The notes under the pieces are model-generated. The model searched no databases and was not told the origin of the DNA. It saw nothing but the letters and a program-made list of their open reading frames with translations. A stretch of DNA of 64,000 nucleotides. It comes from Bigelowiella natans CCMP2755. Lineage: Eukaryota; Protista; Cercozoa. This document shows, piece by piece, positions 40,125 to 53,134 of the stretch. Location: NCBI GenBank assembly GCA_000320545.1, contig ADNK01000501.1:124001-188000 (forward strand). Reading direction: 5' to 3'. The position numbers and the translations under genes are program-made. Position 1 is the stretch's first letter. The number at the start of each line of letters is the position of its first letter.

Positions 40125-42289
40125 CTTTACCTCGAGCTCGGGCTTTTTGAACATATATAGCGTGGGATCATCACCACCAAAGTTTTCGAAGATAACCTGG
40201 GGAAGGAAGGGGGGGGGGAAGGTATACATTCATACGTTACTCCTCCCCTTCTGAAGCATACAGAGTACAGAATGCAAACCTTGAACGGCATGAATAAAAG
40301 TGTTGGATTCCGATCGGTTCCGGGAGTGAATGCAATCTCCAGCTGTTTTGACAGCCCTGCCCCAATTCCGAGGCTTCCCGAGGCTATCATTAAGGACTGT
40401 GATGTTGATTCTAAGAGAGCCCGTACGTGGCTCTCACCACAGTTCTCTGTGATGCTGGCAAGCATTCCAAAGACAGGCAAGGCTACTGGGACGGTAAGCA
40501 ACTTCTTGTGAAAGTGCTTTGTGAGGGAAAGCATATTTCCTAAGAAATGTGGAATGGAGAAGGTTGACAAAGACGAAGGGGGGAAGGGTCGGAGGACCAA
40601 AAAATGAGGCTATATATCAATCGTATGGTTCTTGAGTGATAGAACACCAAATAGGAATGCGATAGGAGGCGCAGTAATTCCATCTTTTTGCAGACGATCC
40701 AGTTCTCCATTTGTAGACATTTGGAGGATCGCAGAGACAATCTGTATCGTGAGCAAAATTGAATTTGTTGAACTTCACTTGAGATTTGTTGTTTTTGGTC
40801 TTGCCTTCTCGAAAGCGCCGTTCGTGCTTAGAGCAGATATTAAGCCTTTGCCCAACTTCAGGAAAATTAAAGGCGCTGATGAGAAAACAGGCATGTCAGG
40901 GAAACCTCTCCTCATTTGGCACATATCGAGCCTTCAACATGAGAGGGGCATAATTTGGAATGAAAAGAGATACCTGTCAAGACGTGAGATACAAGAGCAA
41001 ACATAGGCTCTAGAGCATCAATAGTCTCTGACAGCCACAGAGCTCGTAACGCAACCTGGGTCAATGCGATAGAAAGAATTCCGTTCTTGTCCTGAATAAT
41101 ACAGAGGGACAGCGAACTTTCAATACTTCTGCAAAATCAATTCGAGGAAACGTACTTTCTCGCGCTTGAGAGCTATTCCAATGCCAGCTGCAATACCCTA
41201 GTTCCAACCAAGGCGAATTAGTATCATGAACTGGAATCACTAGCATGTTAAAGAGGTAAAACCTTTTTCCCTCCAAAAACTGCTGCAACTTCGAATGCAT
41301 AAGATTTTATGCCTTCCTCCACCGTCTTTACACTATCAAACCCCATCATCTTGGGATTCAGGCATGTTGCTAAGAAGCGTGTCAGAATAGCTTTTTGTTT
41401 CAATTTCACTTTGACACGAGCGATAAGGTGGGCCACAAGGACACACAGCTTTGCACACATGCTTTGAAGGTAACGGTCGCCAATCATGGAACGATAAAAG
41501 TTTCCAGGGTGATCCTTTTTTGCTCTAGCAATTATAAATGTAGTTGTGGATACAAATCGCCGAATGTTGGCCTCGGTCTGCGAACGAACATTGTGTAGTG
41601 GAGATTAATTGAAAAATTACGAACGTTAAAGCAATCGAGCATATTATCAGAGTTAATTTACTTCCTTCGTTTCAGGATTGTCCATCTGGCGATACATCCG
41701 TTCAAGCAAAATCACGTGATTGATCATGCGCTGCAAAATCTGCGGACTCCCAGCATTTTGTCGTATCTTTGTCTGCATTATTTTATTGCCACTCATGAAA
41801 GAAGTACTTTGATTCAGAAAAATTAAATAATATTTTTTGCAGTCGCCAACCTCCTGCACGAGTTCTTTGAATATGCGTTGGTAAGATGAGAGTGCCAGCA
41901 GTTTGAAATTTATCCGCTGAAAAGTCCATTGTAACCACATGCTTTGAAAACGGTGAATATGTCATTTGTTGTCGATAATAACTTACCTCTTTATATCCCC
42001 TCCACAACGACTGAATTTTTATAGCAGAACAAACCTGATAATATCGATTTCTTCAGAGTCATCAATTGGGAACAGAAGAATTAGGGCAACCCGGACTACT
42101 TCTTCCTTGCGCTTTAACCTCTCTGCCCTTGCATTCGAAATGAGGTCTAATAACACATAAAGCTCCTTCAGAAGGGTCACGTCACGGGTCAGCTTCCGAA
42201 ATTGCGTTTTTCTGAGGTAATGATCGTATACCCTTCCTCCCTTTTCGTCCTCCACCTCCACCGAAGTCTATTTTTTTCCGATTAAACAT
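32867..42289 (-). CDS. HECT E3 ubiquitin ligase, UBE3B/UBE3C (Hul5)-like
   Basis: N-terminus MFNRKKIDFGG...NARAERLKRKEE with an IQ motif IQSLWRGYKE. C-terminal HECT [41 protein letters not shown] (catalytic Cys) and ALTEKLVMAIEARAGFDLQ*. Many short exons. Confidence 0.9.
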
Positions 42290-42739
42290 ATGCTGTAGGC
42301 CTCAGCAAGAAAGTCAACGGAAGGGACTCGCTTCGAGCCGAGTGCTCTCGTCGGTCGAACTCATTATCCTGGTTTCGAATGTTCAGATCGAACATTACTA
42401 AGAAGTTACCAAAATGTCGAGGAATGGCCTACGAAACATCCTTCAAATACAGCTCATTTGTTATTATTGATATTTGGAAGATTAGCCATGATTTTCGAAA
42501 GGAGTCAATAATATTTTCATGACGCCTTCCTGCAGAAATAGATTTTGGGAAAGCGCAACAGGTTCCCTCCAATTTCCTTTGGCTCAGACGTGTATGCTGC
42601 ACGCATCGCGCGTTAATTGATATAAATACAATTTATTTACATGTTACGACAAGTCGATTTCCTTCCCATCGTGTAAAATCACATCTACAACAGCACTGGC
42701 ACTGAACTGCTACTTTGAAATTAGTCCGAACAGTGCCGG

Positions 42740-45700
42740 CATGGATCCATTAAGGATGGAGGTGAATGCCTTTTCAACACTCTATGTTCGAAGGCTGACA
42801 AAATAAATAATCGAGATTTCGTTTCATAGAATTTTGATCTAATTACCTTCTTGGATTCGAATTGGAATCAGACATACATCAGCAGAAAAAGAGGCATGCC
42901 TCAATAATCATTCTTCTTTCTTCAGGACCATTTGGAAAGCAAGTGCACCAAAGTTATGGAGATTGATGAAGAGGTTAATACCATAATAGATTGTGTTGAA
43001 ATGCGTTTTAAGTTTCTACATACAGGAAAACATCGATCCTCTCGAGATGATTGAGGCTATGAACAAGGATAGAGAAACCGACGGCTATTTTGCTGAAGAG
43101 GGTAATTTCGACCAGAATCAGAATTGTCTTTCGGACCCGTACGGTCCTTCCTTGGTGCCAAATACCACGGGAAAATCAGATTCATCAGTCGATAGAGCAG
43201 CATCCACTGCGGTTCTGGGTATCAACGACAGGCCAAACTCGCCAACCGAAACCGAAGGAAGACAGGTTTTATAATCTTAATGAATGAGTCTTTGGTTGAG
43301 TACTTACAACATTATTTGCAATTCTAAGGAAACCTCGATGCAAAGTTCATCGGATCATTCGGACCATAACCACGAAAATAGGGACGAAATTGAACCGACA
43401 ACAAATCATAAGTCAAAAGATAGTGATACCGCAGGCAAAGACCCCAACAAATCCGATTCCAAAATTGGTGATGCCGAAGATGGTTCTCCAACTCAGGATA
43501 ATACTCAAGACGATTTTTTCAAGAACATTGACGACTCAACCTTGACTAAGAAACGTCAGCTGATGGATGAAAGGAAACGGAAATTGTTGCTCCTTTGTAA
43601 GCAAGAAGAGGAGAAAGCCAAAATGGAAGAAGAGGATCTATCGAATACTGAAGACAATGACCCCAATCATCCCGATTCCAATAGTAGCGATGTCGACAAG
43701 GACGTCGATGATTCTCCAACTGAGGATCATACTGAAGATAATGTTATCAAGAACACTAAAGACTCAGCATCGACTAAGAAAAGACAGCTAATGGATGAAA
43801 GGAAACGGAAATTGTTGCTTCTTTGCAAGCAAGAAGAGGAGAAAGAAACAATGGAAGAGGAGGAAAAAAAACGATTAACTGAGGAGTCTGGTGCAGTGAA
43901 GATTGGATCTTCGCGTTTCAACAAGAAGAAAAGAAAAGTTATTGTTGATGAGGATGATGAAGACAGCGATGATAGCGAAGAGGAGCCCAAGGCGAAAAGT
44001 CCAGAAAAATCTTCAGATGAAAATACTTTAAAATCAATCGTCATGGATGATGATGAAGAATCTGAATATGAAGAGAGTGGTGAAGAAGGTATGGACAAAG
44101 CGACAAAAGTGAAAGTTTCGAAATCCCAATTAGATCAAATCCAAGAAGAATCTCAAGCTCTGAAGGAGGAACTTGACCAAATAAATGGGGAGATTGCTAA
44201 CATGAAAACAGAGACCGAGAAGCAAGACAAAAAGTCGGAAAAGGAAGACACACGTGCTACATTTCGTAAGAAGAAATGGAACAAAAACGAAGATCTTAGT
44301 AAGACTCAGGCAGTTCTTCGCAAGCGATCAACAAAAAAACAGGTGAAGGTCACACGTAATTACAAAAAGATCAATCAGACTCTTGATGGAATTTTCAAAA
44401 GAATCAATGATCGTGCGCAAAATATCGCGCCATCGCGGGTCATGGTGAATTATGCTCGTCGATATGGTCGACTTCCCGAGATACCAGCGATCGAGTTTAG
44501 ATCGCCAACTGAAAAAGCAAGTAAGGAATCCCTATATAAGCAAATGACTGTACTGGAAGAAGATTTGGCGGACAAGCCCACTCTTGAAGGGTATATTGGC
44601 TGGGAAGAGCTTCAACAAAAGCGAAAATTTGAGAGTGAACAAACGAATAAAACGAATGCTGCAGCGGAACTTGCAGGATCAAAAGTAGAAAATGGACTCA
44701 GTACCGTGGATGCAGTCAAATCCGAACCTATTGAGAAAGAAAAAATTAAGCTAACTTTTGATAATGTTAAGACTTGTGATGGTTCTTCTTCTGACGAAGA
44801 AAGTAGTGAGGAGGAATTCTATATTTGTCCTCCCCCTAAATTGGGTGAAAAGAATCACAACAAGAAAACTAGAACACTTGCAGTGGCAGGTTTATCCCCT
44901 ATGGTCAAACGTAAAAATCGACAAGCTCTCCGCCAAAAACTTATTGAGAATACGAAACAACGCAAAGGGCCATCATATGAGTCCTATGAACCGTCTTGTG
45001 AATTTGCCCCGCCTGTAAAAATAGATGTGTCACTGGGAACGAATGAAGAAGCTGATGAAATGGAGGAGGAAGAAGAAGAAGATACTGGTATGATCAGTGA
45101 TGAAGAAGAACTTCTGCAGAAAATGCGAACAGACCAGGACGAGTTCGATGAGGACTGTGAGGAAGAGGAGGAAGGTGAAAACAATGATTCAGAGGAGGAC
45201 GAAGATATCGAACGAGGTGAAGAGAAAGAAGACGAGCAAGAAGAGGAGCAAAGTGAAGCCGTGACAAACAAAAGCGAACTTCCTGAGCCTACTCATATTG
45301 AAGCAACCAAAAAAACCATGCATCCAATTTTTGCTAAACCTAAAAATATTGTTCGCTCCAAAAGCAAAGCAGATTCGATGGAATTGCAACTTCGTCTTGA
45401 ACATACCCAATGCATTGATACAGACGTTCAGAATTCCAATAAGACAAAGGAGGATTTGAGTACGGAAAAATCCGAGTCGCAGCCCCTAAGTCGTACCCAA
45501 TCTTATGGAGCGGACATTGACATTGGGAACGACAAGGAAGATTCCAAAATACCAAACACGGTAATTACAGAATCACTTCATCTGGATCACACCCAATATG
45601 TAGATACGAAAGTTCAAACCGAAACTCAAAATTCCGAGATCGGAGCGCGGAAAGTTGGCCTTCCGGTGGACGTGACTAAAGCACCTTCTCCCTCAATTCC

Positions 45701-47212
45701 AGAGACACTACCCATTCCCGATACCCTACCTATTAACGAAAAGACGCAATCCTCAGTGGAATCAAGTTATGAAGAAACACAGACTTTAGAAATACCTTCA
45801 CAGGCAGACTCTGAGACCGAAGACTCTTTAAAGAGGCCTCTTCTATCTCAAGACATGAAAGCTGCTAGGAGAGAGTCGCTTGGCAGCGAGACCACGCAAG
45901 GGGGATCTAATGAACATGTTCTTAACCAGTCTCAAGGTGAGAGTGTTTCCAATTCCCAAGAAGATCAGCAGACTGATTTCAGAGCCAAAATCTCTAGCAT
46001 AGTAGAGGATGAAGCCGAGGAGTCAGATGATTGCAAAGGAATATTACCGGAAGATGAAGAGATAGATGATGAAAACGAGGAAGGAGATTTAGCTGATCTT
46101 GTGGCACCAGAGGACGAAATTCAAGCAGAAATGGAAGAAGCTGAAAGAATTCTTGAAGCAGATAGGATATTAGAAGAAGAACATATCGAAGAAGAAGCTG
46201 AGCTGAAGGCCCTTGAAGAACGATTTGTTAGAGGCGGCCAAAAAAACCACAAAAAAGCAAAACTCAAAGCACAGGAAGAAAATTTTGAGGAGGACGAGGG
46301 TGTTAAGTTGAAGTTTGAACAGATTGAGGAAGAGGAAGGGCGAAAACTGAATACGTGGGAGAAAAAACTCATTCAAGCTGAAGAGTTGTGCATTCAATCT
46401 GAGGACCGGGGCCTTATTTCTGACTCTGAAGACGAAGATGAAGATGAGATCAAAAGCCGGCTTGAGCGAAAAGTATCAATAATAGATTTTGAGGAAAGTC
46501 AGGGATCTCAGCGTTTGTTGACCAGAATAGAATCCGAAAGGTCATCGCAGGCAATTTTCTCTATGACTAGGAAGACAAATCTAGCAAGGTCTCGCTCTAC
46601 TGGTAGCAGCGCGTCTAACTTCGAGGCTTTCAACAAAAGCATCGCCATGGATAGACCGACTCTGAAACGCAAGCACTCTTTCATTGGCAAGCCGCTCACG
46701 GAACGTCAGACTAGCATATTAAGCAGACGCGCATCTTCCACGTCACTGTGCGCCTTTTCAGGGGGATCGAAGAAATCTAAATTGAGAAAGGTAAATGGAA
46801 TTTCACCTATGCTTTTATATGAACGCGTATGAGACTGATGTAATATTAATTTCAGATTCATAGAAGCTCGTCCAGGTCGTTCGTATTTGCTCGAGATTTT
46901 GATACAGCCTCTTTACCAGGTTCAGTCTTGTACTCTGCATCCCTTTTTTAAACTTGACACTTCCTCCGATATACGAAGGTGGCAAACCACCTCTATCTAG
47001 GTCCCTATCCAGACCTCCACTACAGCGCTCGGTTTCCTTGGCCACCGTACGCTCAACTGGGTCTTCAAATAGTTCAAGGTCAATTCATTAAAAGATCTTT
47101 TATTACAATTCTAATTATGTTTATTCTTTGCATTTACAGCAAATCATCTGATGGAGGTTCTCTATTTGCGGCATTAGCAAAGACGAGATATAAACGACCG
47201 ACGAGAAAGTGA
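42740..47212 (+). CDS. Large acidic, mostly disordered nuclear protein, Claspin/Mrc1-like
   Basis: A 3.5 kb open exon (43284-46790) flanked by short exons, with D/E-rich tracts and many SQ/TQ motifs. KISSIVEDEAEESDD...DLADLVAPED resembles the Mrc1/Claspin 'EAEESE/DE...D..ID' segment. The family call rests on motif resemblance only. Confidence 0.55.
43440..43865 (+). repeat. Internal ~75-codon tandem duplication in the Claspin-like ORF
   Basis: DPNK/HSDS...SPTQ/ED...TKKRQLMDERKRKLLLLCKQEEEK..MEEE is present twice. atggatgaaaggaaacggaaattgttgct occurs at 43563 and 43791. Confidence 0.9.
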
Positions 47213-47355
47213 CATCCTTCGTCTAATGATTTAACTATTTTTATTTAACTGGAGAACCGACAAAATTTGTGAATCTATGTTTTTCCTAGTATGATACGGA
47301 AAAAATACGGATTGCATGACTAGTGAGCACGCAGCACACATATCATGTTTATAGG

Positions 47356-48102
47356 TTTCTGGGTTTGCGCGCTGTCAGCTGTCTAGCTGTGCATCCAGAC
47401 ATGCACAAGTTCTAGAGTTGTGATGACCCATGCGCTGATGTGCATGCCAGCATTGCTAGATTGTCCTGAAGCATTTGCATGCTAGCATGTGCTAGTGTGC
47501 ATGTCTAGATGATGTGCACAACAAGACGTCATCTAGATCTAGAGATGGACGTGCAGTTGTTGCACGCAGATTCGAATTGTTGCGTGCCAGCGTGCATGAG
47601 CGCACGCACGTGACAACAATGCACTTGTGCAGCATCGCACACGCAGCCGCACGTGTGCGCACAGTGCCAACGATGTGCGATGTGCGTCCAGCGTGCATCA
47701 CAAGAATCGATTCAGAACACGACTTGCTAGCTTTTTGTGCCAGCTAGCCAGCGTGTCGAGCCAACTAGCGAGCTAGCGAGGCGGTGTCTGTCGCTTGTCT
47801 AGCTAGCTAGTTGTGGCACGAGCATGTGCCAGCATGTCCAGACGTGCTGGTGTGCCTGCGTGCTCATGCTTGATGCACATCGGGTGTCATGCGGTCATTG
47901 GGGCCGCTGTTGCACGACCGCCAGGTCGAGTCAGTTGCCACTCGCTTGACGACCTGCTGGCCTGACCAGCTGAGTGAACGAGTGAACGAAGACAGTTCCA
48001 CACGCTAGCACGGAGCGGTCAAAAGGATCGTGGATCGTGGGTCTCACATGCCTGGCCACACCAAGACACGATCAGACGAGTTGAATTGTGCAACGACGAA
48101 TT

Positions 48103-48138
<36 letters not shown>

Positions 48139-50030
48139 CACCCACTCAACGCCCAAGCTGGCAATGAGCCAGCAACAAGCAGCACGAAACAGACGAACAG
48201 ACAAACGTGACAATTGACTGCACTTCCAAAAAGTTGCAAGACACTCACAATGCACGAAACGCAGTGTCTCGAACTGACTTTGCTAGCTTTGGTGAGGCAT
48301 GAACAACACTCAATTGTTGTTTTGTCATCAAGTGACGTTGCGTGCACAGCTGGGCAGCAGTTCAATGGCACTCCAGCACTCATCATCATCTCTTCTCACG
48401 AAATCCGGCACACTAGACACAAAATGCTCCTACCCCCATGATGAACAATCCACCATCGTTTCAAAATGAAGTGGGATTTGCAGTAAAGAACATTTTCCAC
48501 ATGCCCAACATGCAAGAAATATTTTTCACAAATTTCATTCATTGCCATGTGTGTTTTCAATTGATTCCATGCAAACGAAATCTGCAAAACATTCCGATAC
48601 TTTTGGCATCATTTTCTTTCGAGTTGGAAGAAAGTCACGGCCAACAACATGACAGCATCGACGATTCATCTCCAGAGCAACATCCGATCACCCTCATTGC
48701 CATTGCATCACAATGGGCACCATGAGCAATTTGGATTACGGATGCCTCGGCCGCTTCATAGATTGTTGTAAGTGGATCTCCGACATCCCCGAACATCTTT
48801 GCATGTGGTGCAAAGAGAGCTGCTGTGGGGACAAGGGGGGAATTCCAGTGTTGCGGGCGGACATCTCGTGATGCAATCGAGATCATGGCACGAATAATGA
48901 GCAATGAACAATGATGATGAACTGCACGAGATGACCGGTGCAAAGCGAACCATTAAATTGACCACCATCAAAGGCCCGGCCGCACAAGAGTGTTGTTTGT
49001 AGAAAATAGATGGACAACGCTTTATCGAATGAATGGAATGTCCTTCTTGCAACAAGATGAAAGTTGCTCATGCCTGGGTACAGTTCAGTATGATTGCCCC
49101 GGTAAAGCGATTAGAGTGCGATAGCCGCTCTTCCGAGGTGTTCATTGGTTGCTGCAGGTTCTTTTGAGCAATTCGTCTGTGTGGAAGGAGAACGTGATTT
49201 GGGTGACGACGCAGAGTGAACTCGAAAAAACGATAACTTCCATTGCAGTAAATGATTGACACAGGAATTTGATGCAAGACGGATGCAATGAATCAATTAA
49301 ATTTGTTCAATGGTCATCCTCATGTAGCTGTGCAATGCAGCGGCTACAGCGCCAACATTGAATCTGTTGGTCTCCGCTACGATGTGTTTCATGCAGTCAA
49401 ATGCATGCTGCTTCGGTCTTGAATGGCACGCATTTCGCGCAGCAGTGCGTGCTCCTTCTCATCGCAAGTCAATCTTTTCGTTTCGTCATCGCGCATCACT
49501 GCGGTAGTGAGCTGATTCTCATCAAGCATTCAATGTGACTGCTGCAATGCAGATCTTCTAGCCTTGATGGGTGAGATTCGATTGAGGAGGAGACACTGTA
49601 ACTTTTCTCATTCGAATGCTTCTTTTTTGCTGAGAAACAACGGTCATCGCTAGAACGATGGACCGCTGCTGAGAAACACCAATGAAAAAATGGACCGCTC
49701 TAGCGCTGTTTTGAAACAGCAGTCAACGCGGTTTTGTCATTGCAAAATTTCAAATCGATTGTCATCGTCAAACATCTGTGATTGCGCGCGCGACCAATCT
49801 TCGTCAACTTTCCTTTCCCTTCCACAGCTAGACAGCGTGCGCCAGCAGTGGGCGTTGCGTTCGTTGCAAGCCGTGAAGCACATCAGCTGTTCCATGTTGT
49901 CGAAACATGCATGTCTGCAGGGCAAGCTTCAAAATCATGCGCGCGTTCGCTCCCACAGCAAAACCCCGTCGACGCACAGCACAACCCTTACATCTGAAAG
50001 TGCATTTGTTCGCCCGCGCACCAGGCAAGC
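47356..50030 (-). pseudogene. Degenerate gene or mobile-element relic with strong TpA depletion
   Basis: Broken minus-strand coding fragments rich in His/Cys (KRLTCDEKEHALLREMRAIQDR; ALFAPHAKMFGDVGDPLTTIYEAAEASVIQIAHG; FAWNQLKTHMAMNEICEKYFL; VPDFVRRDDDECWSAIELL) with stops. TpA is nearly absent except in CTAG. Confidence 0.6.
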
Positions 50031-50103
50031 TACTATGAGCTGGTGAGTTGGTTCGAATACAAACTAAGTTTATTGAACATATCCATTCGGCTCATGACTA
50101 AGA

Positions 50104-53096
50104 TTAACAGTGCTGCAACTTTAAGTGCAATATAATCGGACAGTGATCGCTACCCAAAAAGCCTTCTCGATCCTAAAAAGAATATCACTTATGCATATTT
50201 TCGAGAGAATTTATCAAATCCTACCTTCCCTCTGCCGCATGTCTCTGCACGAAGAATCATTTCTGAAAGTAGAAAACGCAAACGTGAACCAAAAGAAATT
50301 ACAATGCTGCGGGCTTTCATGAATTTAAATGAAATACCACCCAAGAATTGATTTCACAATTAATTTCTTCTTTTTTGTCGCAAGGAGATAAATCTGACAT
50401 TATCTTCGCCCTGTTCTAGGAATGAATCTTGGCGATGATTGGAACAGTAAAGGGCTCACGATTTGTAAAAAGTACAAACTCCTTCTTTTGTCAGTATGGG
50501 CAACCTTTCATCGCACTGGAGACTAGTGTGTAGTCAATTCGCATGCCTTTGTCGTAGTATAACGCTCTCTTCAAGCTCCCTACCCAGATGTTCAAAGATT
50601 ATATTACGTTCTAATTTGGAGAATTATCTTCCAAACCAATTGCTGGTGGGCTGCCTCTCCATGTAAAATCCTTGAAGCGATCCACTTTCGGGTGCAGGAC
50701 CCTGTAAAAAAGGCCTTTGTCAAGACTTGATGCACTATGTATACTATGCACTATTGTCGCGGAGAGGGAACGCGCGGTACTTCAAATCACCTGTAAGCGT
50801 CCAGCAAGTTCCCAACCCGCAGCATCTCTCTAAATCTCTCTTGCTCATGTGGGATTACCCCAGGCTAAAGATGATCACGACAATGGCAACATCGAGTCAA
50901 TATTAGATCCTTCTGCTGCACCGTAATCGCGATGTTGTCATTAATTCAACAACAGCCCCTTCCCTCCTCCCTTGCGTGTTAGTTTCTCATGAGATTGATG
51001 CTTCACCTGCCCGGTATTCCTGTACGTGGCCGGCTTTTGATGATGTCTCTGGATGCTGTAGATTGTCTCGCGGAAGAAGCGGATGTGACTGCAACATGTT
51101 GTGAAATGGCGAGGAAGAAAATGTATTGTGGGAGGAAGGAGGAAGAAAAATAATTTAAATTAAGTGTGCTAAAGAGAACAGCAAAGGATATAAATGCTTA
51201 TGGGGAAAAACAGTAATTCGTTATTTATGATTTCTAGCACTTCGTCATCATAATAAAGAGCCATAATAACGATAAGCTTATAAACCTTGCATCTCTGTCC
51301 TCCCGGCACACATTCAAGTCGCCTGCCCAGATTAGCGGAGGATGAGTGGAGCTGCTGCTGCTGCTATTCCGAGAGGAAATGGACTCCATTCCGGTGGCTG
51401 TCCTTGTCTTGAGAGCCTCTAGAACCCGTTTGTCCCACGTTTCCCGTCGCGAGTGACTGTTTTGTGTAATCCCATACAGTGCGGTAACATGAATTTTCTT
51501 TTGTGGCATTCAGACTATGAGTCCAAGTGCGTCTTCTCCATTGATGATTCGTGATCGACGCTATATTGCTCGCTACAAACCTGTGAGTTGTCCAACCGCT
51601 GTTGGGAACATACGTGCTCCAGATCTCAATCCCTTCCACTGTGGCAATGCAGATCCTGCCGTCAGGATCATGCCCCCCTCTACCTTCTCCTGGAAATCTG
51701 CACGAGACAAATATATCCGAACGGTAAATACACGTCGCATACCAAAGCGGGGTGATGACACGGTCTTCACGGGATTTTGCAACAACGATAATTTGCTTTT
51801 AAGTCCTCAAATTCGTTCAAAACTATCACTCATTTTTCTTCCCTCTGGACGAACGACGAACGAACACCGAGAGAGAGCTACGAGCTACTACTGCAACAAC
51901 CTGTGTTTAATCTTTGAAACGTGTAGCCCCTTCCTTATCATCATGGCGGTCCCAGCGTATTTCCTAAAGGTATGCATGAGCGTACATATTTTTGAGCGCT
52001 AAAGAGCATGGGACAGGGAGGTGATGCAGCCAATGGTTCCAACGTACTATCATTCATTGCTACTATTGGCCTGACCAGTCTGATAAGGACCAGTGGAAGT
52101 TGTATCGTGACAGCATTGGATCTCGTAAAGCAGCGGCGATCTGCAGATATGAACGAAAATAGTAAAGACGAAAATTAAAACGATGAAAGAGGGGAGATAT
52201 AGATGAATAAGTCCCGGCCCCTCATTTTAGTCTCTTCGCCCCCCTCTGGCAAAAACAACGTAAAATAGAGTGAGTTCTACCTTCTTCGCATCTTCAAATG
52301 CCTTCTTCGTCCTGCACATGTTCACCGCCATCGAAGCATCAGTTCCGTCCCATGTCAATATTTGGATTAGTATTTTAATTGGAATGAGATGCGATCGAAA
52401 TACACGGTAACAACGCAGAGGTGTGTGTGTGTGTGTGTGCGTCACTTGCTTGCATTTTTGCCGATGGTGTGAGTGGATTTCAAAGCGTTATGAAGGATGT
52501 GTCTGACTGTGTTCCAATTCGATTGCGTTTGCGTGGCCTGCCATCGTTACGCTTACAGCCGGGAGGACCTTCATTAGCAGCACCATCAACGACAATAACA
52601 GCAAGTGCGGTATTATTCATCATTTTTTCTAGCCATTTTCGTTCTTATTTCATCTTTGTACAGATGGACATCTGCGTTGTTGCAGCAGCTTTTGGTGCTT
52701 CTTCGTCTTTTTCTTCTTCTTCTTCAACTACTTCTACTATATACTACTACTACTACTACTACTACTACTACCACAGACCTTCCGCTGGAAGGTTGACCTG
52801 AGAAGAATGATATAGAAGTTGTGTTATTCACCAAGTGGCCGCGACAATGACGACGACGACGACGATGATAACGATGATAATTTATGATTAATGGATAATG
52901 ATGATGATGATGATGATGACATATCTTTGTTCAAACTTCTGTAGTTATAGTCACTCAACTGTTTTTTAATTGTAGCAATATCATGACCATGTACATGTTG
53001 GAAGGGAAGGAAATCAGGGAATATACTACATACTTCTTGGATGCATATCACATCGGGATCTTCTCTCCGCAAGAAACTGACGAATGCACTCCGATC

Positions 53097-53134
<38 letters not shown>

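Noticed and set aside
47356-50030. Calling the relic a specific transposon class
   Set aside because: No terminal repeats, target-site duplication, or transposase or RT motifs could be recognised.
50036-50065. ggttcgaat B-box-like motif (tRNA or SINE)
   Set aside because: No cloverleaf or matching A-box could be built around it.
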